From a virus: DNA of 64,000 nt. The stretch covers positions 1 to 64,000 of IMG/VR virus record IMGVR_UViG_3300046028_005224, one strand, 5' to 3'. Below are positions 54,082-64,000 of this stretch, in pieces (the stretch's first letter is position 1; every line of letters begins with the position of its first letter). Below the pieces are notes generated by a model, which was not told the origin of the DNA, ran no database searches, and was given only the letters and a program-made list of their open reading frames with translations. The translations under genes were made by a program, and so were the position numbers.

Positions 54082-55686
54082 TTATGCTTTAATTGTCGAA
54101 GCTGGAGCAACGGGATCAGATAAACCTGGACTTGGTTTTACTTTTGGCAATCTGCCAGCTCCTTTACCTGCTTTTGGACCTGGAGCTGGGGGCTTTCCAG
54201 TTGTCGGCGGTGCTGGAGGAGCAGGAGTTGATGTCTGGGTCTGTGTTTGAGTTTGTGTTAATGGTAAAGCTAATGTTTTTGTTTTTGTTTGCGTTTTAAC
54301 TTTTGGATCTGCTACAACAATTTGACCAGTTTTTACATCCACTTTAACAAGTTCACCAGTTTTTGCATCTACTTTAGTAGCTGTTTGCTGCTTTGTTCCA
54401 GGTTTGGTAATTGCAGTGACTTCAGGTTTTGCTTTTGTAATTGCAGTTACTTGAGGTTTGTATTTTACTATTGCCCCTGGAGCTGTTTGACCAAGTTTCA
54501 GTTCTGCAGGCGCAGCTTTAGTTGCGGTTTTTAAAACAGTTTGTAAAATTTTTCTGCCAACATTCTCTGTAATGTTAATAAATTCAGCACCAAGTTCTTG
54601 TGCAAGAAGTTCTGCAGCTTCTTTTACTTCATGTGAACAATCACACTCGGACTCATCGGCATTCTTTTTCCTTTTTTTTTTATCCTCTCCATTTTCATAG
54701 GAGGCGTGGGCTTTTCCTTCTACGCTTTTCTGCGCTTTTGTTGCTTCAGCAATATCTGGACTTTCTGATCTCCAATCGGAGTATTCTTCTTTTCTAGTTT
54801 TCTTCTTTTTCTTAAAGGAACCAGAAACTTCTCCTTTCTCATAACCAACTCCATCACCATCATCATCCCACCAACGTGCTGTCTTTTTCTTTTTCTCTTC
54901 ATTCACATTTGATGTCTTCGCATCTTTACCAGAACCACCTTCAGTGGAACCAACAACAACTACAGTCTTATATCTCTTTCTATAATCTTGAAGTGCCGAA
55001 GCTGGAATCTTTTTCTGGAATACTGATCCATCTTCTTTGGTAACTCTTACAAGAATCTTGGCTTCTTCTTGCAATTCAAATTCTTCGTTTTTAGTTTTTT
55101 CTGCATCTCTACGTGCTTGAAGAACTGCAGCAATGGCTGCTTTTCTTCTTTCATCACTTGATCTACCAGCTAACTGTGGAGATTTTGATGCTCTAAAATC
55201 TCTAATAGCAGTTCCAATATCTGTGCTTGCGGTAATTTTTTCGTCTAATGAATCACCTTCTGGCTCATAAGACATCTTAAGATTAGGATCAACCTGTTTG
55301 ATATCTTTTATTTTTTGTTGTTGAATTTGATTTAATTTATCTCTTATGCCTTTAGCAGCTGGAATAAGTTGAGAACCAGCAGCTGCAGTTCCCGCCATTA
55401 AACCAAGGCGTATTAATTGTGCTGCACTCTCATCTACAAATTCTTCAGTAACACTTACACCCAAAGACCTAGCAAGTCTAGCCTTTCTCTCAGGAGACAT
55501 TTTAGAACGCTTAAGGTATGCAATAACAGCATCCTTACCCATGTTCTTCATTTTATTACGAAGATCGTAAAGTGCTTGAGTTTCTTCTTGATCATCGCCT
55601 TTATGCTGACCATATTTTTCAGCAATATAGGTTTGATCAATTGCGTCTCTATGCGACTCAAATACTTGCTGCCAAGGATTAGACAT
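54082..55686 (-). CDS. Modular putative internal head polyprotein
   Basis: Low-complexity modules separated by xxE motifs (EEFVDE, SYEPEGDSLDE, EEFELQE, NITE). Confidence 0.5.
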   Translation of the reverse strand: MSNPWQQVFESHRDAIDQTYIAEKYGQHKGDDQEETQALYDLRNKMKNMGKDAVIAYLKRSKMSPERKARLARSLGVSVTEEFVDESAAQLIRLGLMAGTAAAGSQLIPAAKGIRDKLNQIQQQKIKDIKQVDPNLKMSYEPEGDSLDEKITASTDIGTAIRDFRASKSPQLAGRSSDERRKAAIAAVLQARRDAEKTKNEEFELQEEAKILVRVTKEDGSVFQKKIPASALQDYRKRYKTVVVVGSTEGGSGKDAKTSNVNEEKKKKTARWWDDDGDGVGYEKGEVSGSFKKKKKTRKEEYSDWRSESPDIAEATKAQKSVEGKAHASYENGEDKKKRKKNADESECDCSHEVKEAAELLAQELGAEFINITENVGRKILQTVLKTATKAAPAELKLGQTAPGAIVKYKPQVTAITKAKPEVTAITKPGTKQQTATKVDAKTGELVKVDVKTGQIVVADPKVKTQTKTKTLALPLTQTQTQTQTSTPAPPAPPTTGKPPAPGPKAGKGAGRLPKVKPSPGLSDPVAPASTIKA

Positions 55687-55760
55687 ATTCCTACGTTGGA
55701 TTTTTACCTATTTTTATTTATTTATCAAAATTCTATATACAATATACTGATTTTATTTAC

Positions 55761-56453
55761 ATGCACTTTGACACTGTTAAAATTTTCCCCACTACAATTT
55801 ATATTGGGGAGTTGCCCAATCATGAAGAAAACAAAAAATATTTTTACAATTTGTACCCAAAATATGATTATGAAGAAACTGAATACATTACAACTGTTAG
55901 CGAAGAATGTGGTAATCCTTTATTACATTTAGAAGCAGACTTAGAACCATTATTTAAAAATATTTCATTACATATAAAAAATTATATTCAAGATACTTTA
56001 CTCTTAAAAGATGTATTTGATATTACAATAACTAAAACTTGGTTGTCAAGAACTAGAAATCCAGAATATCATATTCCAGCACATACACACTCAAGTAGTC
56101 ATATATCATTTGTATACTATATTAATATTCCCAAAAATTCTCATAAACTTAAATTTTTAAATATACATGAACCAAATAGTTTGTTCTCTGATATTTTCCA
56201 TGGAGCTAGAAACAAAGATAGTGCATTTGTAAATTCATACAATGAGCACAATGCTCAATCTTTTTCATTAACTCCTGAAGAAGGTACTATAATAATTTTT
56301 CCAAGTAAGCTTCCACACGGCACAGAAGCTATTGATAAAAATTTTAATGGGGAGAGATTAGCTATAGTTGGTGATTGTATTTTAATTTTAAAAGAAGATC
56401 AATTAAAATATTCAATGGGTTATATCCATGAAAAACATTGGAAAAAATTTTAA
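55761..56453 (+). CDS. 2OG-Fe(II) oxygenase-like (TIGR02466-like)
   Basis: IFPTTI...HTHSSSHISFVYY...PEEG.IIIFPSKLPH...RLAI; inverted AT-rich insertion. Confidence 0.8.
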   Translation: MHFDTVKIFPTTIYIGELPNHEENKKYFYNLYPKYDYEETEYITTVSEECGNPLLHLEADLEPLFKNISLHIKNYIQDTLLLKDVFDITITKTWLSRTRNPEYHIPAHTHSSSHISFVYYINIPKNSHKLKFLNIHEPNSLFSDIFHGARNKDSAFVNSYNEHNAQSFSLTPEEGTIIIFPSKLPHGTEAIDKNFNGERLAIVGDCILILKEDQLKYSMGYIHEKHWKKF

Positions 56454-56686
56454 ACCTCTTTACTATCAGTAATCCATGGTTTAAAAAGTTCACCATCATC
56501 AGTCAAACAAATTAAATAATTTGTTCCTCTTCGCATTACAGTACCAATTCTTCCTGTTGACATTTGTTCAATCAAAGAACCTTCTTTAAAAATTTCCCCA
56601 GCAATATAATGCTCCCGAATATCTTCTGTAGCGATTTCGGGAAGTATATTTTTTACTTCGGTTACAAATTGCAAAAATGTTTTCAT
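56450..56686 (-). CDS. Small protein with CTS-like start, resembling C-terminal domain of cyanophage cytidylyltransferase
   Basis: MKTFLQFVTE...REHY..GEIF..G...RRGTNYLIC...FKPWI.D. Confidence 0.55.
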   Translation of the reverse strand: MKTFLQFVTEVKNILPEIATEDIREHYIAGEIFKEGSLIEQMSTGRIGTVMRRGTNYLICLTDDGELFKPWITDSKEV

Positions 56687-56687
56687 T

Positions 56688-56927
56688 TTATTTGTGTAAT
56701 TGTTTGATGATTTTTTTGCTGTTTATTTTAATATAATCTAATCCAGCTTTTTTTAATTTGATATATTTATTTTTTTCACGTTTATTTTTTGCAATTAAGT
56801 CATCCATAAAAAAAGAAAAATAGAGATACAAATCAATCATTGCATCCCTATCATTTCTAATTACTTTTTTTTCTGACTTGTATGCATCTAAAAATTCATC
56901 TAGAATAGGAGTCAGAACTGTAAGCAT
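56688..56927 (-). CDS. Hypothetical protein
   Basis: 79-aa basic ORF in operon orientation. Confidence 0.55.
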   Translation of the reverse strand: MLTVLTPILDEFLDAYKSEKKVIRNDRDAMIDLYLYFSFFMDDLIAKNKREKNKYIKLKKAGLDYIKINSKKIIKQLHK

Positions 56928-56952
56928 TTTAACACATTATTTCTTTTATTTA

Positions 56953-57132
56953 TTATTCTTCCAATGCAGATCCAATTGCATCATCAAGATCTGTAATTAC
57001 ATCTCTCATTTCAAAAATGCGAGGAGGAACACTATTTACATCATATGTGTATCCTTTTTGAGCTTCAAACAAAACTTGACGAACAGCAGCAGCTGCATGA
57101 ACGTTCATTGTAATAGTTACTTCTTTTTTCAC
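56953..57132 (-). CDS. Small hypothetical protein (59 aa)
   Basis: Manual, GTG overlapping mazG stop: MKKEVTITMNVHAAAAVRQVLF...PPRIFEMRDVI.DLD*. Confidence 0.6.
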   Translation of the reverse strand: MKKEVTITMNVHAAAAVRQVLFEAQKGYTYDVNSVPPRIFEMRDVITDLDDAIGSALEE

Positions 57133-57539
57133 AGATCATCCTCCGCACGATTTTCAGAATAGTAAGGATCAAAAGATCCACCAGGATAACGCTTCTCAAG
57201 TTTAGTCACATTGCGAGCAATAACTTCATCAATAGAAATTTCTAAAGCCATACATGCTTGAGCAACATACCACATAAGATCACCAAGTTCAATAATCAAA
57301 TGTTCTTTGTTGTCAAGATTCCAAGGCTTTCCTTGGAAAATCATTTTCTTAATAATCTCAAGAAACTCACCACCCTCAGCATTAATACCAACACCAGCAG
57401 TAAGCAGTCGTTCAATATTTGCTCCCTTTCCATCAAGCTCAACGATGCGATCAGAGAATGAAACAAAATCTCTAGATGCATCAGATGTTACAGCATCTAC
57501 AAATTTTTGATATCGGCTAAAATTAATCTGTCGTTCCAT
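57129..57539 (-). CDS. mazG: MazG-like NTP pyrophosphohydrolase
   Basis: AEGGEFLEIIKK...ELGDLMWY...N..KL.KRYP. Confidence 0.93.
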   Translation of the reverse strand: MERQINFSRYQKFVDAVTSDASRDFVSFSDRIVELDGKGANIERLLTAGVGINAEGGEFLEIIKKMIFQGKPWNLDNKEHLIIELGDLMWYVAQACMALEISIDEVIARNVTKLEKRYPGGSFDPYYSENRAEDDL

Positions 57540-57577
57540 AAAATTTTAGTAAGTAATAGTATTATAGAATAAAAAAA

Positions 57578-58357
57578 TTAAAATGTCAAATTAAAAACAT
57601 CTTTCAATCTAAATTTTTTCCAAAGTTCTTCATCAGTAGATGGTGTAAAATTTGGATAAATTTGCAGAAACGCTGCTAGGCTAATTCTATCATAAGTTTC
57701 AAACCAGTTTGTTTCAATATAAGGACTATGTAATGTAGTTGTTGGATAAGCCACTAATGTGTTATATTCCATTGGTATTACTTTTTCCATCTCAAAATTG
57801 TTATCACCCGTAAATTGTTTCCATGGCATAGAATTATTACTGTTGAAAGAATTCATGATGTGATACAATTCATTAATTTGCCCTAAAGACATATCAAACA
57901 AATTCATTTTATTTTTAAATGACCAAAAGCTTGTACCTCCTAACATATTTTCAGTTAAACAAACATTGACAGCTATATGTGTTTGAACTGATAATGGAAA
58001 AATAGAACAGTCTACATGTGGCAATTGATAAGAACAATTCATTTTACCATTAAAACAATTTACATACAAATCATAACATTGAACATCATTGCTTTGAAAA
58101 ATATTAGCAAATTGTTTTGATATAAAAGATCCAAATTTAGGACAATGTGAACTGGGGAATCCTGCAGTTTTTCCTGGTCTCCAAGTTGGTTGTGAATCAA
58201 AGTATGGAAAAGAACGTATAAGATTTTTTAATTTATCTGGATATTTTAAAAAATCTCTAATGACCAAAACATTTTCTGTTCCTGCAGTAAATATCTCGTA
58301 CTGTTTATTATTAACTTCTGTAGAATCTTTCCAAAGATCATCTATAGTTGTAATCAT
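57578..58357 (-). CDS. DUF6445-like 2OG-Fe(II) oxygenase-fold protein
   Basis: VI.DFLKYPD...PHVD...GGTSFW...YNTLV.Y....LHSPY...DR. Confidence 0.7.
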   Translation of the reverse strand: MITTIDDLWKDSTEVNNKQYEIFTAGTENVLVIRDFLKYPDKLKNLIRSFPYFDSQPTWRPGKTAGFPSSHCPKFGSFISKQFANIFQSNDVQCYDLYVNCFNGKMNCSYQLPHVDCSIFPLSVQTHIAVNVCLTENMLGGTSFWSFKNKMNLFDMSLGQINELYHIMNSFNSNNSMPWKQFTGDNNFEMEKVIPMEYNTLVAYPTTTLHSPYIETNWFETYDRISLAAFLQIYPNFTPSTDEELWKKFRLKDVFNLTF

Positions 58358-58359
58358 AA

Positions 58360-59730
58360 TTAAAATTTAAATCCTTCAAATGCTTTAGATTTTGGTTTAG
58401 ATTCAATCTCAACTTCTTCTTGTCCACTATCAAGTATATCTTTTTGAGCAGATTGTTCAATATCATAGAGACGCATTTTTGATCTATCAACTCCAATCAA
58501 AAATTTACGGTTTGCAGTTGGATCATTATAGCGATTCTTTAACTGTTTTACCAATATCTGCCCACGCTGCTCCAACTCTTCTGTGCTAATAAGGGCAAAC
58601 ATAAAATCAGCAGTAGCAGGAAGACCAAAGGACTCACTAGTATCAGTGAGTTCAATATTAGAGCTATTAAAACCTGAACGAGTAGTTTGGGTAGCCGTGA
58701 CAATAGGTACATTATGCTCAACAGCAAGACCACGAAGCTCTTCAGCAATAGCTTTAACATAAGTATAACTATTAACTATGCTACCCTTATATCTAGATGA
58801 GGCACAAATGTTTAAGTAGTCTACAAAAATGATGTCTGGTTTGAAGCTTTTTTTCATGGACAATTCATTCAGCAAAGTTTTGAAATGTCCCACATGTGCA
58901 GATGCAGTTGGATACTCTTTGATGATCAATGTGCCAATACTTCTATTAACCAAACTTTGAATCTTCGTTTCAAACATTCGTTTAGGAAGTTCGGCAATAG
59001 ATTTAATATCTACGTCTAAGAGATTTGCGTCAATTCGTTCAGCAATTTTCTCTTCTGCCATTTCAAGCGTAACGTACAAAACGTTCCGTCCTTGGAGCAA
59101 CACGGAGCTAGCCAAGTGGCACATGAATAAAGATTTCCCGACACCTGTACCAGCAAGTACGACATTGAGAGTCTTGCTAGGTAAACCATCTTTGGTAATT
59201 TTGTTAAAGTATTCAAGATCAAAGGGGATTTTTTCTTCAGTTTTGTGATAGAAATCATATCGTTCTTCAAAGTTTTTTACATAGTCGTGACCAATATTAT
59301 GGTCAAAAGATACTCCAAGTGCCTCACTCAAGATGTGAGGAATAGCATCTTTATTCTTTTTACCAGTGTCATCATCAACAATATGAACTGACTCCATAAG
59401 AGCCAGATAAATTGCTCGATCTTTACACCACTTTTCAGTAGAGTTTAAAAGCCAATCAAAGTCTGCTTCATCATCAGTAAGATTGCTGATGATATCATTA
59501 CATTGTTTAAGTTGATCTTCTGAAAGATCTCTACGATTAGATACCTCAATCGAAAGAACTTCTTTAGTTGCTAGCTTATCATACTTTGCTATGAACTCAT
59601 AAATTTCTTCAAAGATAATACGCTCAGCATACTCTCCAAAATATTCTTGACGAATAAAGGGAATTACCTTTCTACAATAATCTTCATTAAAAATTAAACT
59701 CCTTAAAATTGTGATTTCAATTCTGTCCAT
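58360..59730 (-). CDS. gp41: Replicative DNA helicase gp41
   Basis: AGTGVGKS, TLEMAEE, IIKEYPT, VDYLNI, ATQTTR, ESFGLP, QLKNRY. Confidence 0.97.
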   Translation of the reverse strand: MDRIEITILRSLIFNEDYCRKVIPFIRQEYFGEYAERIIFEEIYEFIAKYDKLATKEVLSIEVSNRRDLSEDQLKQCNDIISNLTDDEADFDWLLNSTEKWCKDRAIYLALMESVHIVDDDTGKKNKDAIPHILSEALGVSFDHNIGHDYVKNFEERYDFYHKTEEKIPFDLEYFNKITKDGLPSKTLNVVLAGTGVGKSLFMCHLASSVLLQGRNVLYVTLEMAEEKIAERIDANLLDVDIKSIAELPKRMFETKIQSLVNRSIGTLIIKEYPTASAHVGHFKTLLNELSMKKSFKPDIIFVDYLNICASSRYKGSIVNSYTYVKAIAEELRGLAVEHNVPIVTATQTTRSGFNSSNIELTDTSESFGLPATADFMFALISTEELEQRGQILVKQLKNRYNDPTANRKFLIGVDRSKMRLYDIEQSAQKDILDSGQEEVEIESKPKSKAFEGFKF

Positions 59731-59731
59731 G

Positions 59732-60292
59732 TCAAATGTAATGAAGGTATGTGCTCAAAAGATACTTATCGTTACTAATTGGAGGATTACCTTTATGGGG
59801 GAACATCCAAAGAGGCGGGAAGATCACCAGTTTACCAGCTTCAGGCTTAATTGTCAAATCGGTAAACACAGTTTCACCACCCTCATCTACCGTATTCAAA
59901 TACCAAAAGAATGAAAGATATCGTCTAGATGTCATATAATCTTGAACATCTACATGTGTATTAAACATGTCATTGCCATCATTCTTATATTTTTTAATTC
60001 TAAATTGCTCAAACCCATGTTGATGTTCTTTAGGAAAACAACGTCTTTCAACTAAATGGTAGTATTGTTTTAAATATCTACCCATATGAACCAAAGTTTG
60101 CCTTTGCAGTTCAACGGCTTCTGCGTTATGTGTTAATTCTGTAAGATTAAGTTGTGTAAAGGTTGGCTTTTTGTAATTATCAACTCTTTCTTGATTCTCA
60201 GGATTTGTTTCAAAAAAATTAATTAACGCATTGCACAGATCCAAAGGCAATGCATTTTCATGGACTTGGATTAAATCAATTAGAGTTACCAT
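59732..60292 (-). CDS. 2OG-Fe(II) oxygenase (prolyl-hydroxylase-like)
   Basis: HVD...YLN.V.EGGET.F...P..GKL.IFPP.W.FPH.G..P...KY. Confidence 0.88.
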   Translation of the reverse strand: MVTLIDLIQVHENALPLDLCNALINFFETNPENQERVDNYKKPTFTQLNLTELTHNAEAVELQRQTLVHMGRYLKQYYHLVERRCFPKEHQHGFEQFRIKKYKNDGNDMFNTHVDVQDYMTSRRYLSFFWYLNTVDEGGETVFTDLTIKPEAGKLVIFPPLWMFPHKGNPPISNDKYLLSTYLHYI

Positions 60293-61283
60293 AAGAAAAC
60301 TCCTTCTGAGCGATTTCATCAAGTGCTTGCATTACTTCTGGCGTAAAATATTTTTCAGGTTCTGCAAGAATTTGTTTTGCATAAATTTTCTTACCATCCA
60401 TCTCATAACGCCCCGCAACATTCTTCCAGAGTCCGCCGAGTTCCCCGAGTTCCAGAAGACCATAATAGCGATCAAGACCACGCTCATCATAAAATAAACG
60501 GACTTCAACTTCTTGATTCTCCTTACTCAAACGCGACTTTTGAGTTTTAGCACGAATAATATTTCCAACAACTTCTTTCCCATCCTTTTCCTTTGACTTT
60601 GAAAGATAAATGATAGTTGATGATGCATATTGCAATCCAGAACCACCTGACATTTGTTTTCCACCATACAAACTCATCGATTCGTATGTATGATTCGTCA
60701 CTATCATAGGGATACTTGCCTGCCCCAACTTCAAAGTCAACATACGAAATGCACCTTTTATAAGCTGTGATTTAGTCATATCACGAACTTGTTTATCATT
60801 CAGTGCATCGGTAATTTCTTTCTCAGTTGAAAGCATACCCAAAGAGTCTAACACAAACATACAGGGTTTGCGTTCTGTTTCAGGTTTTTTTAAGTACATG
60901 TCAACCGCTTTTAGTGCTTTAGTGCGAAATTCTTCTACGGTGACAACATTAACCACGACAAGACGAGATGTGTCGATGTCGCGTGACTCCAAGAGTGATT
61001 TGGTAATAGCGGATTCAGTATCAAAGTAGAGACAATAACCATCGGAGTTATTATCAAGAAAATTCTTAACCACAGCGAGAGAAAAGAAAGTCTTTCCAGT
61101 ACTAGACTCTCCAGCAATAGCAGTAATCTTATTCCCAGATACACCACCAAATATGCTACCTGAAACCAGTGCATTAAAAATGTACGAACCTGTGTCAACA
61201 TAAGTCTCCGTCTCGTCAATATCAGAAGCAAGCTTGGTGTACTCGCCACCAACTTCTTTTACAATTTCTTTAAGAAAGTCCAT
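60276..61283 (-). CDS. uvsX: RecA-like recombinase UvsX
   Basis: AGESSTGKT, YFDTE, LDSLG, NHTY, SGG.G..YASS. Confidence 0.95.
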   Translation of the reverse strand: MDFLKEIVKEVGGEYTKLASDIDETETYVDTGSYIFNALVSGSIFGGVSGNKITAIAGESSTGKTFFSLAVVKNFLDNNSDGYCLYFDTESAITKSLLESRDIDTSRLVVVNVVTVEEFRTKALKAVDMYLKKPETERKPCMFVLDSLGMLSTEKEITDALNDKQVRDMTKSQLIKGAFRMLTLKLGQASIPMIVTNHTYESMSLYGGKQMSGGSGLQYASSTIIYLSKSKEKDGKEVVGNIIRAKTQKSRLSKENQEVEVRLFYDERGLDRYYGLLELGELGGLWKNVAGRYEMDGKKIYAKQILAEPEKYFTPEVMQALDEIAQKEFSYGNSN

Positions 61284-61289
61284 AATAGT

Positions 61290-63782
61290 TTAAGCAAAAA
61301 AGTCTTCTAGTGAACCGCGTTGTTCTGTTTTCCAACCAATACAATCTAATACAGATTTTAGTGGATCAAGGAATGATTTGTCAAATTGTAGAGAATAATC
61401 AATATAGCTTTCAGCAATGATTTCTTTTGGAAACTGCTGAATAAATGAGATTACATTTTCTCGGATTGGGTTTTGTTTTTTAAGGTAACAGTATTTAATT
61501 TTTTCACCATTGTTAATTATAGCATACTTGTTCGTTAATTTTTTATCTCGGATGTAATGATTAAAAAGCAAAGATCCTCTAACATGAATTGGAGTTGATT
61601 TCTTGTAAATGGTTGACGTGGATTTCCATTTTTCAACATCACTTGCGGTTTTTGGAAATGCAATTTGATCTACAGGTAGAGTCGGAAATTCTTTTTTAAA
61701 TGTTTCAATAAACTTGACTACCTCGTCTTCAGTAGATGTCATGATAAGTTTAAAAGCTTCTTTAATTTTAGCTCTACACGCCGCTGGAGTAGATGATTTA
61801 ATAGCCTCCAGACCCATAATTTTTAATTTAGGAGCTTCATATCTAACTCCTTCACTGTCCCATACGTTGAGCATATATCGTTTTTTGGCTGTCCAAATAC
61901 CACGATTAGCAATGTTCTCACGCTTCATGAACATCTTTTGTTCGTAAGCATTTACATATTGAGATAGCTCTTGATACGATTGATCAATAAATGGTTCAAA
62001 CTTTTCCTTACAAATTTTATCCAAGAAGTTAACAATCTTAGTATCATCTGTTTCATTTGGGAATAACTTTGATACCAAGTTCCCAAGATTCAAATAGATT
62101 GAATCAGTATCAACAGCAATCACATAATCTTTATTTTCACTTTTTAAAATTTTATTCAAATAACCATTCATTTTATTTTCAATCCAACGGATTGAAACTT
62201 GTCCAGACAGTGTAATTGCTTCTGCATTTGCAAGTTTATAGTAACGAAAATATTCATTACCAATAGCACCATAAGCAGAGTTCAACTGGATTTTTCTTGC
62301 CATCTGAATGTTATTGCAGCGGGCAATTTCTTTAATCAAATTTTTATCTTTAGTTTTTTCGTATTGTTGTTTTGCCTCAAGCATTTTTTTCTTATAGATT
62401 ACTCGATCTTGATAAATCTTATCCATAAGTTTTGGTAGAAATCCTCGTTTTGTTGTATCAAAGAATGCTCCGTTTGCACAAACAGTTTGTCCTTTAAGAT
62501 CAGACAAATCCAACTCTTTGTTCAAAATTTTATCAACACTAATACTTGGATGTTTATGATCTTGCAGTGTTTCTGGTGAAATGTTATATTGCATAATCAA
62601 GTGTGGATATAGACTGTTTAAGTCAAAACTTACCACCCAATCATATCTACCAGGAATCGGTTCTTTAACATAAGCTCCTGCATACTGAGCATCTTTTTTA
62701 CCATCCACTTTTGGTGGAATAACAATATCTTGTTTTTTCAAGTAGTTATAAATGATGCTATCCCACATTTTTACTTGAGAAAAAACATCGGTGTAATTAA
62801 CCTTAGCATCATATGCCATGGTAATTGCCAATTCAATTAACTTCATCTTGTCTTCCAAACGGTCAACAAGTTCTACGTCAACGATGTTGTACTCTACAAA
62901 TTTCTGCCAATCTTGAGTATAAAAATCTTTGAAGGTTTCAAACTCAGAGTGATCAAGTTTTTTTTGTCCAAGCTCAACAAAAGCAATATGATCCAGTCGA
63001 TAAGATTCTTGGTTTGAATAAGTAAACTTCTTATACAAATCCAAATAATCTAATACTGTAATACCCCCAACATCATAAACAATATTTGATCTTCCATTAA
63101 GAGTGACTTCATTACGAGTCAAAAGTTTCCATGGAGAGATACGACGAGCATCACGTTCTCCAAACAGTCGATCAATACGTCCACACAAATATGGAATATC
63201 GTACAAAGAACAGTTCCACCCTGTTATAACTTCAGGATAATTATTTTCCCAAAAGTACAAAAATTTAATAAGCAAATCTTGTTCATCTTTACATTGAATG
63301 TAAGTCACATTATCTTGCTTATTGATGAATGTCTTTACACCCCATGTGGTAATTTTTTTGGACGCATAATCTTGCATCGAAATTGTGAGAAGTTCTTCGG
63401 CACAATCTCTAACATTCGGAAATCCGTTTTCTGAGGCTACCTCAATATCAATTGTTGATATTTTAATTTTACTAATATCAAACTTAATTTCATCTTCAGG
63501 ATAGTTATCAGAAATATATTGATAGATGAATCTATTATTGCCGTAGATGTCAAAATTTTCAACATCTTCATATTGACGATAAAACTCTCTACAATCCTTC
63601 ACCAATCCAGGTTGAATTGGTTCTACATACTTACCGTCGAGAGTGGTGTACTTTGTTGGCTTTTGAGATAAGACAAAGAGTGTTGGAGAATATTTTTCTC
63701 TGAACTGAAAGTGATCGCCATTATTATAACCGCGAACGAGAAACTCATTTCCAATCAACTGAACATTAGTATAAAATCTCAT
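61290..63782 (-). CDS. gp43: Family B DNA polymerase gp43
   Basis: DIEV exonuclease I, SFDLNSLYP, KIQLNSAYG, VDTDS, KKRY. Confidence 0.98.
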   Translation of the reverse strand: MRFYTNVQLIGNEFLVRGYNNGDHFQFREKYSPTLFVLSQKPTKYTTLDGKYVEPIQPGLVKDCREFYRQYEDVENFDIYGNNRFIYQYISDNYPEDEIKFDISKIKISTIDIEVASENGFPNVRDCAEELLTISMQDYASKKITTWGVKTFINKQDNVTYIQCKDEQDLLIKFLYFWENNYPEVITGWNCSLYDIPYLCGRIDRLFGERDARRISPWKLLTRNEVTLNGRSNIVYDVGGITVLDYLDLYKKFTYSNQESYRLDHIAFVELGQKKLDHSEFETFKDFYTQDWQKFVEYNIVDVELVDRLEDKMKLIELAITMAYDAKVNYTDVFSQVKMWDSIIYNYLKKQDIVIPPKVDGKKDAQYAGAYVKEPIPGRYDWVVSFDLNSLYPHLIMQYNISPETLQDHKHPSISVDKILNKELDLSDLKGQTVCANGAFFDTTKRGFLPKLMDKIYQDRVIYKKKMLEAKQQYEKTKDKNLIKEIARCNNIQMARKIQLNSAYGAIGNEYFRYYKLANAEAITLSGQVSIRWIENKMNGYLNKILKSENKDYVIAVDTDSIYLNLGNLVSKLFPNETDDTKIVNFLDKICKEKFEPFIDQSYQELSQYVNAYEQKMFMKRENIANRGIWTAKKRYMLNVWDSEGVRYEAPKLKIMGLEAIKSSTPAACRAKIKEAFKLIMTSTEDEVVKFIETFKKEFPTLPVDQIAFPKTASDVEKWKSTSTIYKKSTPIHVRGSLLFNHYIRDKKLTNKYAIINNGEKIKYCYLKKQNPIRENVISFIQQFPKEIIAESYIDYSLQFDKSFLDPLKSVLDCIGWKTEQRGSLEDFFA

Positions 63783-64000
63783 CCAGCAGTGATCCCATCA
63801 TACTTACTCAGTATGTTATCAGAGGGATCGTAAATTGTCAAGAACTTATCCGAAGACATTAAAATTTCTGATTGACCACAATGTTTTGGAAAGGTTTCCA
63901 AATAACCAGTTTCAGTAATTGTGAATGGATTTACCAACTTACAGTTAGGCATTCCATACTCAGCAACAATTTCTTCTATCTCAGAAATTACATACAGACC
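63779..64000 (-). CDS. Hypothetical protein, 5' end outside window
   Basis: Manual: ...ISEIEEIVAEYGMPNCKLVNPF...MSSDKFLTIYDP...*; stop overlaps gp43 ATG. Confidence 0.6.
   Translation of the reverse strand, partial: GLYVISEIEEIVAEYGMPNCKLVNPFTITETGYLETFPKHCGQSEILMSSDKFLTIYDPSDNILSKYDGITAG

Noticed and set aside
47558-63782. Introns or inteins in nrdA, nrdB, gp41 or gp43
   Set aside because: All are continuous and of normal length with no intein motifs

Overview
A 64-kb segment of a T4-like cyanophage (Kyanoviridae-type cyanomyovirus; AT-rich, most genes on the minus strand). It contains a baseplate/tail module (gp5, gp26/gp51, gp4, gp2-like, gp48, gp53) and replication and nucleotide genes (gp32, gp59, gp33, gp61, gp41, uvsX, gp43, nrdA/B, nrdC, thyX, mazG, phoH). 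Host-like auxiliary genes are psbA with a PhotoRC-II-like leader, two hli, cp12 and an SLH-domain porin. There is also an autotransporter-like gene, five cell-wall hydrolases, a 10-gene glycan cluster (GT11, GT6, GT4, GT25, nucleotidyltransferase/HAD), six 2OG-Fe(II) oxygenase-like genes and nine tRNAs. The most notable signals are absent from the ORF track: (1) a nitrogen-sensing cassette (NtcA box, sigma70 promoter, tandem glutamine riboswitch aptamers, DUF4278 gene) in which a complete 50-codon ORF sits inside the P2 stem of the second aptamer; (2) a probable -1 ribosomal frameshift (T TTT TTC) joining gp26 to the gp51-like frame, like lambda G/GT; (3) several unannotated structured RNAs and RBS-sequestering switches; (4) sigma70 promoters whose -10 box repeatedly lies inside a terminator-like hairpin. 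All family assignments come from motif recognition by eye; no database searches were run.
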